DNA of 64,000 bases from an uncultured Planctomycetaceae bacterium (GTDB lineage Bacteria; Planctomycetota; Phycisphaerae; SM23-33). A model generated the notes under the pieces. The model saw only the letters and a program-made list of their open reading frames with translations. It made no database searches and was not told the origin of the DNA. The position numbers and the translations under genes were made by a program. The stretch lies in the NCBI GenBank assembly GCA_964583095.1, contig CAZOVB010000001.1, positions 63,940 through 127,939 of the forward strand. Reading direction: 5' to 3'. Of this stretch, positions 9,696 to 19,748 are shown piece by piece. How positions within the stretch are numbered: position 1 is the stretch's first letter; each line of letters begins with the position of its first letter.

Positions 9696-10480
9696 TGCAG
9701 CATCTCCTCAGGTGAGTTTGTGTCGGATTCCCGGCCCAGTGTCGCGGCCCGAAAACGTAGATCCTTGATTATCTGTTCCTGCACGTCTTGTTCGGTGGGC
9801 GAAGCTTCGGCCGGAAGGGAAAGGCCCATCACTCCCAGCAATTCGTGGTGATTCGAGAGAATAGGAACGGCCACGCGAAACCCTTTTCCCCCGGCGCCCC
9901 GCATGGCCACCGCGCCGCGTCTGCGAGCCCGGGCAAGGAAATCCGCCAACTGCTCGGGGCTGTCCCAATGGGCCGTAGCGAACTCCTCGAACGGATAGCC
10001 GCGAAGATACGCCTGCCGTTGCGTAGCGGGCCAGAAGGCCTGAAACGCCAGCGCACTGGCCGAGGTGTAAGGAGCCATTACCTGGTGGCCTGGCTCTTCG
10101 ACCAAGCCGGGCATCTCGGGACTGACTCGGAGCCTGGCCACGATCTCGCGCCCCATGCTCTCGCTGAGCGTTCCGGTCCCGGCCGGGTAGTCGCCCTGGA
10201 GTTCCTCCAGCGCTTCTCGACCCCGCTGGAGCAGATCCCGCCGGCGACGTCGTTCGGAGAGTTCTTCCAGCCGGCGACCGAGTTGATATTTGGCTCCGCG
10301 GCCGGGTTTGTGAAGATAACCGCCAGAAGCAAGCGTCCGCGCGAGATTGTGCACGGTCGTGGTCCCGAGGTGCATCTGTCCGGCCAGTTCGGTCAGCGTC
10401 AGGCCCGACTCACTGGCGCCCACGCGATCGAGAATCTCCATAGCCCGCAGAACGGATTGTACTTGTGCTTTGCCTGCCAT
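9689..10480 (-). CDS. IclR-family transcriptional regulator
   Basis: N-terminal HTH (VQSVLRAMEILDRV..LTLTELAGQMHLGTTTVHNLARTL) followed by an IclR effector-binding domain. 263 aa. Confidence 0.8.
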   Translation of the reverse strand: MAGKAQVQSVLRAMEILDRVGASESGLTLTELAGQMHLGTTTVHNLARTLASGGYLHKPGRGAKYQLGRRLEELSERRRRRDLLQRGREALEELQGDYPAGTGTLSESMGREIVARLRVSPEMPGLVEEPGHQVMAPYTSASALAFQAFWPATQRQAYLRGYPFEEFATAHWDSPEQLADFLARARRRGAVAMRGAGGKGFRVAVPILSNHHELLGVMGLSLPAEASPTEQDVQEQIIKDLRFRAATLGRESDTNSPEEMLQC

Positions 10481-10633
10481 AATTCATCATTGATGAACTA
10501 AAGTTCATCCTGATGTCGAATATAGCAAAACACGGCCGGAGTGGTCAAGCGGTAACTGATAAATACGAGCCCGGTTCTGTCCCCCCTGGGCAGGGCAAGG
10601 CCTGGATCCTGCCGGGCCGGTTGCGACAATGGC

Positions 10634-13564
10634 TCAGCGAGAGGCTTCGAGTTCCAGGTGCCGGCGGAGGAATTGGCCGGTGTAGGAATCCGGGTTGTCC
10701 GCGACGTCTTCAGGCGTGCCCTCGGCGATGACGCGTCCACCCCCGGCCCCGCCTTCGGGACCGAGGTCGACGATCCAGTCAGCACACTTGATCACGTCCA
10801 GGTTATGCTCGATGACGATGATCGTGTTGCCCATGTCGGCCAGGCGGTTGAGTACGTTGAGCAGATTGTGAATGTCGGCAAAGTGCAGCCCCGTGGTCGG
10901 CTCGTCCAGCACGTAGAGCGTATGGCCCGTGGCCGTCTTGCCCAGTTCCGAAGCCAGCTTGACCCGCTGGGCCTCGCCGCCGGAAAGCGTCGTCGAACTC
11001 TGGCCGAGTTGGACGTAGCTGAGGCCCACGTCATTGAGAGCCTTGAGAAGCTGCTTGGTCTTGGGGAAGCTGTCGAAAAAGGCCAATGCGTCTTCGACAC
11101 GCATCTCCAGAACGTCGGCGATCGTCTTGCCCTTGTAGCGGACCTCCAGCGTCTCGCGATTATAGCGTGCGCCCTTGCATTCCTGGCAGGTGACGAATAC
11201 GTCCGGCAGGAAATGCATCTCGATCCGCTTGGTGCCCTGACCCTGGCAGGCTTCGCAGCGGCCGCCCTTGACGTTGAAGCTGAACCGCCCCGGCTTGTAC
11301 CCGCGGATCTTGGCCTCGCGCGTCTTGGCAAAAAGCTGACGGATCTGGTCGAACACGCCGGTATATGTGGCCGGGTTGCTCCGCGGCGTGCGCCCGATCG
11401 CCGACTGGTCGATCTCGATGACCTTGTCGATCCTTCCCAGGCCAAGGATCTTATCATGCTCGCCGGGCTTTTCCTTGGCCCCGTGAACGCGTCTCTTCAA
11501 TGCCCGCAGCAACGTCTGGTTGACCAGCGTACTCTTGCCGCTGCCCGATACCCCCGTCACGCAAAGAATCCCTCCCAGCGGGAATTTCACCGACAGATCC
11601 TGAAGGTTGTGCTCACGGCAACCGCGAATCTCGATCACTTTCCGCTGTGAGAGCTTCCGCCTCCGGGGGGGTGTTTCGATTTTCATGCGCCCTGAAAGAT
11701 ACTTGCCCGTGATGGAGGCCTCGGAGTCGCAGATCTCCTCCACCGTGCCCTGGGCAACGACCTTCCCGCCGTGCTTGCCCGCGGCCGGGCCCATGTCGAT
11801 CACCTGATCGGCCGAGCGAATCGTGTCCTCGTCGTGCTCGACCACGATCACCGTGTTGCCGATATCCCTCAGGTGCGTCAGCGTTCGGATCAGACGCTCG
11901 TTGTCCCGCTGATGCAGCCCGATTGTCGGCTCATCCAGCACGTAGCAAACCCCCACCAATCCGCTGCCGACCTGCGTGGCCAGGCGGATCCGCTGGGCCT
12001 CGCCGCCCGAAAGCGTCGCAGCCGTGCGGTTGAGCGAAATATAGTCCAGCCCCACATCGGCCAGGAAACGCAGGCGATGGCGAATCTCCCGCAGGATGGT
12101 ATCGGCAATCTGCGTTCGCTCCGTGTCCAGTTCCAGCGAGGCGAAGTACTCCAGGGCCTCACTGATCGACATCTCCGTCACATCCTGGATGTTCCTGTCC
12201 CCCACCGTCACCGCCAGGCTGGCCGGTTTGAGACGCGCTCCTTTGCACTCCGGGCAAGCCTGCTCGGACATGTACCCATGAAGCCGCGCCTTGACGTACT
12301 CGCTGTCGGTCTTGTTCCAGCGGCGGTTGAGGTTGGGAATCACCCCTTCCCAGTTGGCGGACTTATCGCCCTGCATCAGCTTTTTGCGCTGGTCGGTCGT
12401 CAAGTCCGCAAACGGCGTTGCGGGGTTCACGTCGAACCGCCGACAGTACTGGCGGATCAGTCGATTGTAGAAAATATTCATCCGCCGCCCGCCGTGACGC
12501 CAGGCATCGATGGCCCCGTTGGACAGGCTCAGGGACGGATCGGGGACGATCAGCTCCGGGTCGAACTCCAGAATCGTCCCCAGGCCGTCGCAACTGTCGC
12601 ATGCTCCATAGGGAGAGTTGAAGCTGAACATTCGCGGAGCCAGTTCTTCCAGGTTCGCCTCGCTGTGATGCGGACAGGCATAGGTCCCGCTGAAGAGCCG
12701 ATCCTTCCAGGTGGCCTGACCTTGTTCGTCCCGCTGCTCGTAGGTGATCACGACCAGCCCGTTGGCAAGCCCAAGAGCGGTTTCGATGCTGTCCGAGAGC
12801 CGGATCTTCACCGTGGGCTTGAGAATCAGCCGGTCCACCACCACCTCGATGGTGTGCTTCTTGTTCTTGCCCAACTCGGGCAGATCCTTCAAATCGTGGA
12901 TCTCCCCGTCGATCCGAACCCGGACGTACCCCTCGCGCTGCACGTGGGAGAGCAGTTGCTCGTGCTTGCCCTTCTGGCCGCGAACGACCGGAGCCAGCAC
13001 CATGAACCGCGTCCCCTCGGGCATCTCGAAGAGCGTATCGACCATCTGGCTGACGGTCTGGCTGGTGATCTGCCGCCCGCAGATCCAGCAGTGCGGAATA
13101 CCCACCCGTGCAAAGAGCAGCCGGAGGTAGTCGTAGATCTCCGTGATCGTCGCTACCGTCGAACGCGGATTGGCGCTGCCGCTTCGCTGCTCGATGGCCA
13201 CCGTGGGCGGCAACCCCTCGATGTGCTCCACGTCCGGCTTGGAAAGCTGCTCCAGGAACTGCCTCGCATACGCCGACAGGCTCTCCACGTACTTCCGCTG
13301 CCCCTCGGCATAGAGCGTGTCGAAAGCCAGCGAACTCTTTCCCGACCCGCTGAGGCCCGTCACTACGACCATGCGGTCGCGAGGAATCTTCACGTTCACG
13401 CCCTGAAGATTGTGCTCCTTGGCCCCCAGAACCACGATCTCACGGGAGGGATCTCCCGCCAGGGCCAATTTCCGAACGCCGGTTTCTGCGCGATCCACCG
13501 GCCGGGCCGCTCGCGAAGCAACCTTCTTCTTTTTCTTCCGGGCTGTAGTCTTGGATTTTGCCAT
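10634..13564 (-). CDS. uvrA: Excinuclease ABC subunit A
   Basis: Two ABC ATPase modules ([23 protein letters not shown]; [15 protein letters not shown]), zinc-finger Cys pairs, about 975 aa. Start taken at MAKSKTT (ATG at 13564), which lies inside the longer ORF-track call. Confidence 0.95.
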   Translation of the reverse strand: MAKSKTTARKKKKKVASRAARPVDRAETGVRKLALAGDPSREIVVLGAKEHNLQGVNVKIPRDRMVVVTGLSGSGKSSLAFDTLYAEGQRKYVESLSAYARQFLEQLSKPDVEHIEGLPPTVAIEQRSGSANPRSTVATITEIYDYLRLLFARVGIPHCWICGRQITSQTVSQMVDTLFEMPEGTRFMVLAPVVRGQKGKHEQLLSHVQREGYVRVRIDGEIHDLKDLPELGKNKKHTIEVVVDRLILKPTVKIRLSDSIETALGLANGLVVITYEQRDEQGQATWKDRLFSGTYACPHHSEANLEELAPRMFSFNSPYGACDSCDGLGTILEFDPELIVPDPSLSLSNGAIDAWRHGGRRMNIFYNRLIRQYCRRFDVNPATPFADLTTDQRKKLMQGDKSANWEGVIPNLNRRWNKTDSEYVKARLHGYMSEQACPECKGARLKPASLAVTVGDRNIQDVTEMSISEALEYFASLELDTERTQIADTILREIRHRLRFLADVGLDYISLNRTAATLSGGEAQRIRLATQVGSGLVGVCYVLDEPTIGLHQRDNERLIRTLTHLRDIGNTVIVVEHDEDTIRSADQVIDMGPAAGKHGGKVVAQGTVEEICDSEASITGKYLSGRMKIETPPRRRKLSQRKVIEIRGCREHNLQDLSVKFPLGGILCVTGVSGSGKSTLVNQTLLRALKRRVHGAKEKPGEHDKILGLGRIDKVIEIDQSAIGRTPRSNPATYTGVFDQIRQLFAKTREAKIRGYKPGRFSFNVKGGRCEACQGQGTKRIEMHFLPDVFVTCQECKGARYNRETLEVRYKGKTIADVLEMRVEDALAFFDSFPKTKQLLKALNDVGLSYVQLGQSSTTLSGGEAQRVKLASELGKTATGHTLYVLDEPTTGLHFADIHNLLNVLNRLADMGNTIIVIEHNLDVIKCADWIVDLGPEGGAGGGRVIAEGTPEDVADNPDSYTGQFLRRHLELEASR

Positions 13565-13725
13565 GGTGACAGAAACGGACAGTATAGCCCAGAGCACCCC
13601 GGGGAAACAAGACTCTCATCACGCAGAGATGGGAAGTGCCCCCCGTGACAGGGACGCGTTTGGACCTCGTAGAATTGCCGATCCAGCCTGGCTAATCGCT
13701 TTCCAGTGCTCGCTCCAAAGCTGCG

Positions 13726-13965
13726 ATCAACGTCGCTGTCGGGACCGAAGTCGTCACGGAGAACGGAACCAAACAGGGCAAGTTGGCGAATCCGGGTTCT
13801 CTGACAAAATTCGTCAATCACCTCGCGAGGAATGTCAATCCTTGCGGCCAACCGTTCACCTTCCGTAACGAGAATTCGAACCGGCAAAGACGCCTGCCTT
13901 GAATTGTCAGCATTTGCCCTTCTGACCACAAGCGCAAGAACCGCCTTGTCGGAACCTTCAGCCAC
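13726..13965 (-). pseudogene. Remnant of an MNT-type nucleotidyltransferase (HepT/MNT toxin-antitoxin antitoxin family), apparently truncated or degenerate
   Basis: [31 protein letters not shown] matches the MNT consensus (LFGS..RG....SDxD). The downstream sequence does not continue the family in any frame I translated. GTG start overlaps the HEAT gene stop (TAGTG). No HepT partner is present. Confidence 0.35.
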
Positions 13966-15395
13966 TACGATTGGCCCGCTTCCCGCAGGGCGGCCTGAAA
14001 GTCCCGGCGGTATTGGACCCAGGCGTCGATGTCCGCCCCGAAATCCTGCCCGGTGATCTGCTTCAGGGATTCAAAGGCCGGGAAAAAGCGGCCCTGATCC
14101 TGAAGGTAATCAATCAGCACCCACGCGGCCCGGGGGTGGCGGATCTTGCCCAGGGCCCGAACCGCGTGGATCCGCAAATTGGCCTCGGTAGCGTCTGCAG
14201 TCATGAGCTTCGCCAGCGGAGCGATGCACTCGCTGTTGCCCATCTGCCCCATGGCCTCGATGGCCACAAGGCGAATCCGGTCCGACTGCGAGTCCATGGA
14301 CTTGTTCAGCAACTCCAGTGCCCGCGAATCGCCGATCCTGCCCAGGGCCTCCAGGGCGTTTGCGCGCACCCATTCCTGCCCCTCATCGCTCGCTACTGCC
14401 ATCAATGCAGGCACAGCCGCCTTCGAGCCGATGCCCCCCAGGGCTCGCGCTGCAAGGGTTTGCGTCAAATCGTCTCCGTCCCCGAGCCGGGCGACCAGGA
14501 ATTCCACGGCCATTGGGTCCCCGCTGCGCCCCAGGGCAATAAGCACGGCCTGGCGGATCTGGTTGTGATTTCCGGCCCCGGCGTAGCGTCGCATCAATGG
14601 CAGGGTCGATCGAGGCCCTGCCCGGACCGCAAAGGCTTCCATTGCAACCTGTGCCAGGCTCACGTTGTCGCTGTCGATGAGTTTTTCGAGCTTCCGGGCC
14701 GTTCCCTCAGGAGCCTTTCCGGCCCTGGCCAACAGATAGCAGGCAGCATATCTCAGTCTCTCGTTGTCAATCTCCAGGACGTCCGCCGCCGCCTTGGCGG
14801 CTTTGAACCCTGGCTCGCTTTGCCGGCAGAGTTGCTCTGCAGCAGCGAGCTTTGCAGCCACGGGGCCCTTGGTCAGGACCTCGGCAAGGATGTCCGGCCG
14901 GGTCCTCAGCAGCGCCGCGCATTCGGCTTCGGCACCCTTCACGGGCGAAGGCTCCAGCAGGGCTTCGCGACAATAGGGATGAACCTTCTCTCCCAATAGA
15001 TAGAGAACACCAAGGGCTCGAGTCCCCGAGGTATCGCGTATGGCCTCGGCCATCTGGTCCCGCATACCGCCGCGGGACATCTTGAGCAGCCAGGGAATCA
15101 CCTTCTCTGCCAGCTTCTGATCTTCCGTGATCTTCTTCACCAGGCCGTCGGGGGAGAAACCTTCGCGCGGTGCTTTCCCACGGGGTTGGACCTCTGGAAT
15201 CTCTTCCCATTGCGACCGATCAGAGTTGTCCGGTGCCTCGATAACCTTCCAGAGCATCCTGCGTGTTTCGACGTCCACATCGGGCACCGGGGGTGGCCAG
15301 GACTCTTCGTTCTCCCGGGTCTCCCGGCCAGGGGGACTCTGAGCCAAAGCCCCCGAGCATAGGACCAGCAACGCAACAGCCATCTGTCTGTGCAT
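13965..15395 (-). CDS. Secreted HEAT-repeat protein (PBS-lyase HEAT-like repeats)
   Basis: Signal peptide ([15 protein letters not shown]). Repeated AxxALGxIGxxxAVxxL motifs ([48 protein letters not shown]). Confidence 0.7.
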   Translation of the reverse strand: MHRQMAVALLVLCSGALAQSPPGRETRENEESWPPPVPDVDVETRRMLWKVIEAPDNSDRSQWEEIPEVQPRGKAPREGFSPDGLVKKITEDQKLAEKVIPWLLKMSRGGMRDQMAEAIRDTSGTRALGVLYLLGEKVHPYCREALLEPSPVKGAEAECAALLRTRPDILAEVLTKGPVAAKLAAAEQLCRQSEPGFKAAKAAADVLEIDNERLRYAACYLLARAGKAPEGTARKLEKLIDSDNVSLAQVAMEAFAVRAGPRSTLPLMRRYAGAGNHNQIRQAVLIALGRSGDPMAVEFLVARLGDGDDLTQTLAARALGGIGSKAAVPALMAVASDEGQEWVRANALEALGRIGDSRALELLNKSMDSQSDRIRLVAIEAMGQMGNSECIAPLAKLMTADATEANLRIHAVRALGKIRHPRAAWVLIDYLQDQGRFFPAFESLKQITGQDFGADIDAWVQYRRDFQAALREAGQS

Positions 15396-15594
15396 GAGCG
15401 CACCTCCCGTCTGCGAAATTCTCTCTCACCGGGATCCCCAGTTCAACTCGTAACCAACCGTGTTGCGCGAATGTTACATCTCCGGCATCCACGCCTGGAG
15501 CCTTGCACCCGGGGCCGCTGCGCGCTAACCTGAAAAGAGAGCGTGAGCAAGTGCCCGCGACAACAGATCACCCACTTTCCCGGGGAGTATCAAC

Positions 15595-16179
15595 ATGACC
15601 AAACGTGCGTTCTTTCTCGTACTGGCTGCCCTGTTTTTGAGCCTGGGCTGCGTCTCCCAATCGGATCATCAGGCCGTGGTGGAGGACCTCCGCCAGACCA
15701 AGGCAGACCTGGACCTTACCCAGACCCACCTGGAGGATGCTGAGGAACAACTGGACGAAGCTCTGGGTGAAATCCAGCAGGCTCGCTTGGCCTCAGAGAA
15801 TCTGGAAGCCGATCTCCAGGAGGCCCGCAAAGAAGCAGCAAAGGTTCAGGCGCTTCAGAAAGACCTTCGCCAGGTCCAGTCGACACGCACGGATCTTTCC
15901 GAGCAACTCGCCCAGGCCAAAACCCAGCAGGAGAAAACCAGCGTGCAACTCCAGCAGGTGCAGGAGCAGTTGAACCTGGCCAGGGACCAACTGAAGGCCG
16001 AAGAGACCAAGCGAAAGGACTACGAGTCCCGCGCTGCCGACTATCGTCAGGAAAAGGCCCGGATGCAACAGAAGATCGAGGACCTCGAGGAACAAATCAA
16101 GCAACTCCAGGCCGAGGTTGAACGCCTTGGCCAGAACCAGGCCGACGATCAGAACGATAACGGCGCCGACACCCCCTGA
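15595..16179 (+). CDS. Coiled-coil lipoprotein
   Basis: Lipobox LSLGCVS, followed by about 160 aa of heptad-like Q/E/K-rich coiled coil. Confidence 0.55.
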   Translation: MTKRAFFLVLAALFLSLGCVSQSDHQAVVEDLRQTKADLDLTQTHLEDAEEQLDEALGEIQQARLASENLEADLQEARKEAAKVQALQKDLRQVQSTRTDLSEQLAQAKTQQEKTSVQLQQVQEQLNLARDQLKAEETKRKDYESRAADYRQEKARMQQKIEDLEEQIKQLQAEVERLGQNQADDQNDNGADTP

Positions 16180-16191
16180 CGCCAAAGGCGA

Positions 16192-16611
16192 TCAGTCTCC
16201 CGAGACCGTTACCACGATCGTCCGGTTTCGCGGCTTGATATCGCATTCCAGGTGGAAAATCTGCTGCCAGGTGCCCAGATTCGGCTCCGCGCCGGTCACG
16301 GGGACCGTCAGTTCAGGCCCCAGCAGGGAGGCCTGAAGATGCGAATGCCCGTTGCCGTCGTGCCAGGCCTTCTCGTGGCCGTACTCGCGGCTGGGGGGAA
16401 TGAGCCGATCGAGCATCTCGGGCAGATCCGCTTCCAGCCCGGGCTCGAACTCGATCATCCCGATCGTCCCTGTCGAGCCGACATTGAATATGTGGGCCGT
16501 CCCGGTTCGGATGCTTGATTCGCGTACTATGCCGGCGATCTGGCTGGTAATATCATGAATGTCCCGGTGCCCGGAGGTCCGGAGGTGGATTTCATCCTGG
16601 TAGGTGGCCAT
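16192..16611 (-). CDS. yjbQ: YjbQ/UPF0047 family protein (secondary thiamine-phosphate synthase-like)
   Basis: 139 aa. GTAHIFNVGSTGTI..HLQASLLGPELTVPV..IVVTVSG is characteristic of YjbQ. Confidence 0.8.
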   Translation of the reverse strand: MATYQDEIHLRTSGHRDIHDITSQIAGIVRESSIRTGTAHIFNVGSTGTIGMIEFEPGLEADLPEMLDRLIPPSREYGHEKAWHDGNGHSHLQASLLGPELTVPVTGAEPNLGTWQQIFHLECDIKPRNRTIVVTVSGD

Positions 16612-16713
16612 CTCTGCTCCTTTCGGGTTACCCTACCCCGCCGGCGTCTTGATCTCAAGACCGCAAGACGGTGAGGCTGGCAACCCGGCCCGGTCGCAGC
16701 TACCATACCTGCC

Positions 16714-17961
16714 ATGGATGAGACCCCCCACCCCACGAATCGGCTCAGAGAAGCCGAAGCAACAGACGCCCAGGCACGACAAATCCTCCTGAAGTACCGG
16801 AAACGCACCACGGAGGAAACGCTGCTGCATGCCAAACTGCGCTTCGACATCCCCGCCGACGTGTTCAGTTCCTTTGCCGTGGACAAGGGAACGCGCCTGC
16901 TGCTGCGGGAGATCTCCAAGGCGGACGTTAAATGGAGCAAGGCCCTGGACCTTGGCTGCGGCTACGGACCGATCGGCCTGGCCCTGAGAGCTTCCGGGCG
17001 GGCCGAGGAAGCCTGGGCCATGGACCGCGACCTGCTGGCGGTGGCCTACGCTGGGCGCAACGCCGAGTTGAACCGGATCGAGAACTTCCACGGACTGGCT
17101 GCCATGGCCTGGCCGCCGGATCTGGACCGGGATTTTGATGCGGTAGTGACCAACCTGCCCGCCAAGGCCGGCCGGGAGGTCCACAGGCACATCCTGCTGG
17201 GAGCGGCCGGACACCTCCGCGAGGCAGGCAAGGTCTGGACCGTGGTGGTAAATTCCCTGGCCAAAGAGATTCAGGAGATCCTCTCCCAGGCCGGGGCTGC
17301 CGAGGTGACCAGCATCACGGGCCGCGAACACAGCGTCTTGCATTACGGATTCACAGACCTACCCGAGGAGATTTCGGATCCCTACTTGCGGGATATCGCG
17401 ACCTTTCAGTGGGGCCGGGTGACATACCAGTTGTACTGCCTGCACGGTCTTTCCGAGTTTGACACGCGAAGCTGGGTTACCGACGCGGTGCTGGACCTGG
17501 TGAGCAAACGCATGGGCGGGCCGGGCAAACGCCGCCTCCTGGTGGTCGAGCCGGGACAGGGCCACCTGCCGCTGCTGGCCTGGACGAAGATGCGCAGCCT
17601 GGAATCGATTGAACTGGTCTCGCGAGACTGCATTGCCCTTCGCGCTTCAGAGCGGAATCTCCGAGCCCATACGAAGAACGTGGAAATCCGAGCCCAGCTC
17701 AGCACGCTCTGGCGCCCTGGGCAGCCCGAAAGCGACCGCCGCAGCGTCGCGGTGGTCTTTGCTTCCGGCAAGGAGGGGTACGATCTGACACTGGCTAAGC
17801 TGCTGGACATGCGGGAGCATTTTGGGGGACAGGTGATTCTTGGCTGTAAATCGGCCTGGATGCAGAGATTGGAGCCAGAACTTGCCCGGCACAAAATCAG
17901 AATTCTCGCCACGGCCAAACGTCGCGGAGTCATCGCCCTGCTGCTCTCGGAACCGGACTGA
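16714..17961 (+). CDS. Class I SAM-dependent methyltransferase with tandem MTase-like domains (RsmC/RlmG-like)
   Basis: DLGCGYGPIGLAL (motif I) and VVTNLPAKAG (NPPF-like motif IV). Second degenerate repeat in the C-terminal half. 415 aa. Confidence 0.6.
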   Translation: MDETPHPTNRLREAEATDAQARQILLKYRKRTTEETLLHAKLRFDIPADVFSSFAVDKGTRLLLREISKADVKWSKALDLGCGYGPIGLALRASGRAEEAWAMDRDLLAVAYAGRNAELNRIENFHGLAAMAWPPDLDRDFDAVVTNLPAKAGREVHRHILLGAAGHLREAGKVWTVVVNSLAKEIQEILSQAGAAEVTSITGREHSVLHYGFTDLPEEISDPYLRDIATFQWGRVTYQLYCLHGLSEFDTRSWVTDAVLDLVSKRMGGPGKRRLLVVEPGQGHLPLLAWTKMRSLESIELVSRDCIALRASERNLRAHTKNVEIRAQLSTLWRPGQPESDRRSVAVVFASGKEGYDLTLAKLLDMREHFGGQVILGCKSAWMQRLEPELARHKIRILATAKRRGVIALLLSEPD

Positions 17962-18064
17962 TCGCTCCCCGGGCTTATGCAGTGGACCTTGTTTGCCTCC
18001 ACCCAAGCCCGTATGATCCTGTAGGCTTTACCTGGCAGTACTTGTCGAAGGGAACAGACAACCG

Positions 18065-18709
18065 GTGTCCAAAACGTCCGATACCAAGGCTTCACCCACA
18101 CAGCCGAGTGATACGCAGTTGCTTGTGCGCCATATCGAGGGGGATCCGACCGCCTTCGAGACACTCGTGGAGCGGTATCGCAGGGAGCTTTTCAACTTTC
18201 TGGCCCGGTTCACCGGAGATCGCGCCCTGGCCGAGGATATCTTCCAGGAGGCCTTCCTCCAGGTGCACATGTCCTCGGGGTCCTTCGACACCAGCCGACG
18301 CCTCAAGCCCTGGCTGTTTACCATCGCCGCCAACAAGGCCCGCGACGCCCTTCGTAAGCGCAGCCGAAAGCAGGCAGCTCCGCTGGATGCCACGGTAGCC
18401 GGCAGCGAAAACGACCGAACCAGCTATGCCGATCTTCTTCCTGCCGATATTCCCGCTCCGGACGAATCTTTGCTGAACCTGGAAACACGTCGCGGCGTAC
18501 AGAGTATCGTTGAGCAGATGCCCGAGACTTTGAGGGCAGTCCTGATGCTGAGCTATTTCAATGGCTTTGCCTACAAGGAGATCGCCGACATCCTCGGCAT
18601 CCCGCTTGGGACTGTGAAGTCTCGCCTGCATGCGGCGGTCAAACATTTCGCGAAGAAATGGAAGAAACTCCAGGAGAGCCAAGACCATGAGTCAAATGCC
18701 AGCCAGTGA
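18065..18709 (+). CDS. ECF-type RNA polymerase sigma-70 factor
   Basis: Region 2 (FETLVERYRRELFNFLARFTGDRALAEDIFQEAFLQVH) and region 4 (SYFNGFAYKEIADILGIPLGTVKSRLH). GTG start. Confidence 0.85.
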   Translation: MSKTSDTKASPTQPSDTQLLVRHIEGDPTAFETLVERYRRELFNFLARFTGDRALAEDIFQEAFLQVHMSSGSFDTSRRLKPWLFTIAANKARDALRKRSRKQAAPLDATVAGSENDRTSYADLLPADIPAPDESLLNLETRRGVQSIVEQMPETLRAVLMLSYFNGFAYKEIADILGIPLGTVKSRLHAAVKHFAKKWKKLQESQDHESNASQ

Positions 18710-19685
18710 CGAAATCCTGCTTCTGTCCTATCTGTCGGGGCAATGCACCCCCGAGCAAGAGCAGGAAGTCAAGCGTCGCCTCTCGCAGGAGCCCCCCCTG
18801 GCTCGCAAACTCCAGGATTTGCAATCCACCCGGCAGGCATTGGAACTGCTGCCGGAAGTGGACCCACCCGAAGACCTCACAAGCAGGACCATGGCCCGGG
18901 TGCTCTCAGCACAGAAGACCGACGCATTGCTCGCCCGCGAAGAGCTCCGAAAACGCGGACTGGCCAGACCGACCTTCACCCTGCGCGAGGCCCTGACAGC
19001 CGCCGCTGCCGTGCTGGTCCTGGCTTTGGTGTTTCTGCCCTCCTACCGCAGCGCACAGCAACGAAATCTCCAGAACCTCTGCGCCAGTCAGACAGGCCGT
19101 ATAGGCCACGCCATTCGAAGCTACGCTTTCGACCACAACGGGCGTATGCCCGCACCGCGGAAACAGGTAGCCCGCTGGCTGCCCAACGGCAGTGAACCCT
19201 ACGTGAGCAACTCCTCCGGGCTCTTCCGGCTCATTCAGGAAGAATACGCCGAACCCGGCATCTTCCAGTGTCCCGCAATGAGCAGAGAGGACCTCCAGAT
19301 CCGCGAGGGACTGGAGGACTTCCCGGCCGCTCGTTACATCCACTATGCCTATCAGCACATGCTCGGCCAGTCGGGCTCTGAGCATTCCGGTGCCAGCCTG
19401 GGCTCGGCTGCAGATGAAAAGGCCATCCTTGCCGACGACACTCCCCTGTTTGAAGGAGGACGATTCCAAAGGGACAGGCTCCACGCCCAGACCAGCCAGA
19501 ACCACTCCGGCCGGGGACAGAACGTCCTCTACCTGCCCGGGAATGTTCGCTGGGTCGAATCGCCCGACGTCGGGATCGACGGAGACAACATCTATCAAGC
19601 CTCGAATGTCTACAGTTATGAGGGCGTCGAAACCCCGGCCGGGCCCAGGGACACCTTCCTCCTGCCCGCCTACAGCCGCGAATAG
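18687..19685 (+). CDS. Membrane-anchored anti-sigma factor with a large extracytoplasmic domain
   Basis: Start ATG overlaps the sigma gene 3' end by about 23 nt. N-terminal anti-sigma-like segment (LLLSYLSGQCTPEQEQEVKRRL), single TM (LTAAAAVLVLALVFL), about 200 aa C-terminal domain. Confidence 0.6.
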   Translation: MSQMPASDEILLLSYLSGQCTPEQEQEVKRRLSQEPPLARKLQDLQSTRQALELLPEVDPPEDLTSRTMARVLSAQKTDALLAREELRKRGLARPTFTLREALTAAAAVLVLALVFLPSYRSAQQRNLQNLCASQTGRIGHAIRSYAFDHNGRMPAPRKQVARWLPNGSEPYVSNSSGLFRLIQEEYAEPGIFQCPAMSREDLQIREGLEDFPAARYIHYAYQHMLGQSGSEHSGASLGSAADEKAILADDTPLFEGGRFQRDRLHAQTSQNHSGRGQNVLYLPGNVRWVESPDVGIDGDNIYQASNVYSYEGVETPAGPRDTFLLPAYSRE

Positions 19686-19748
19686 ACTTTCCTGTTCGAA
19701 TCAGGAGGTTTTGACGCCAAAGGCCCCTCCGCGTACAATCCCTCGATC

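Noticed and set aside
10658-13648. 330 aa and 625 aa plus-strand ORFs inside uvrA
   Set aside because: They are antisense to uvrA, which carries unmistakable dual ABC motifs.
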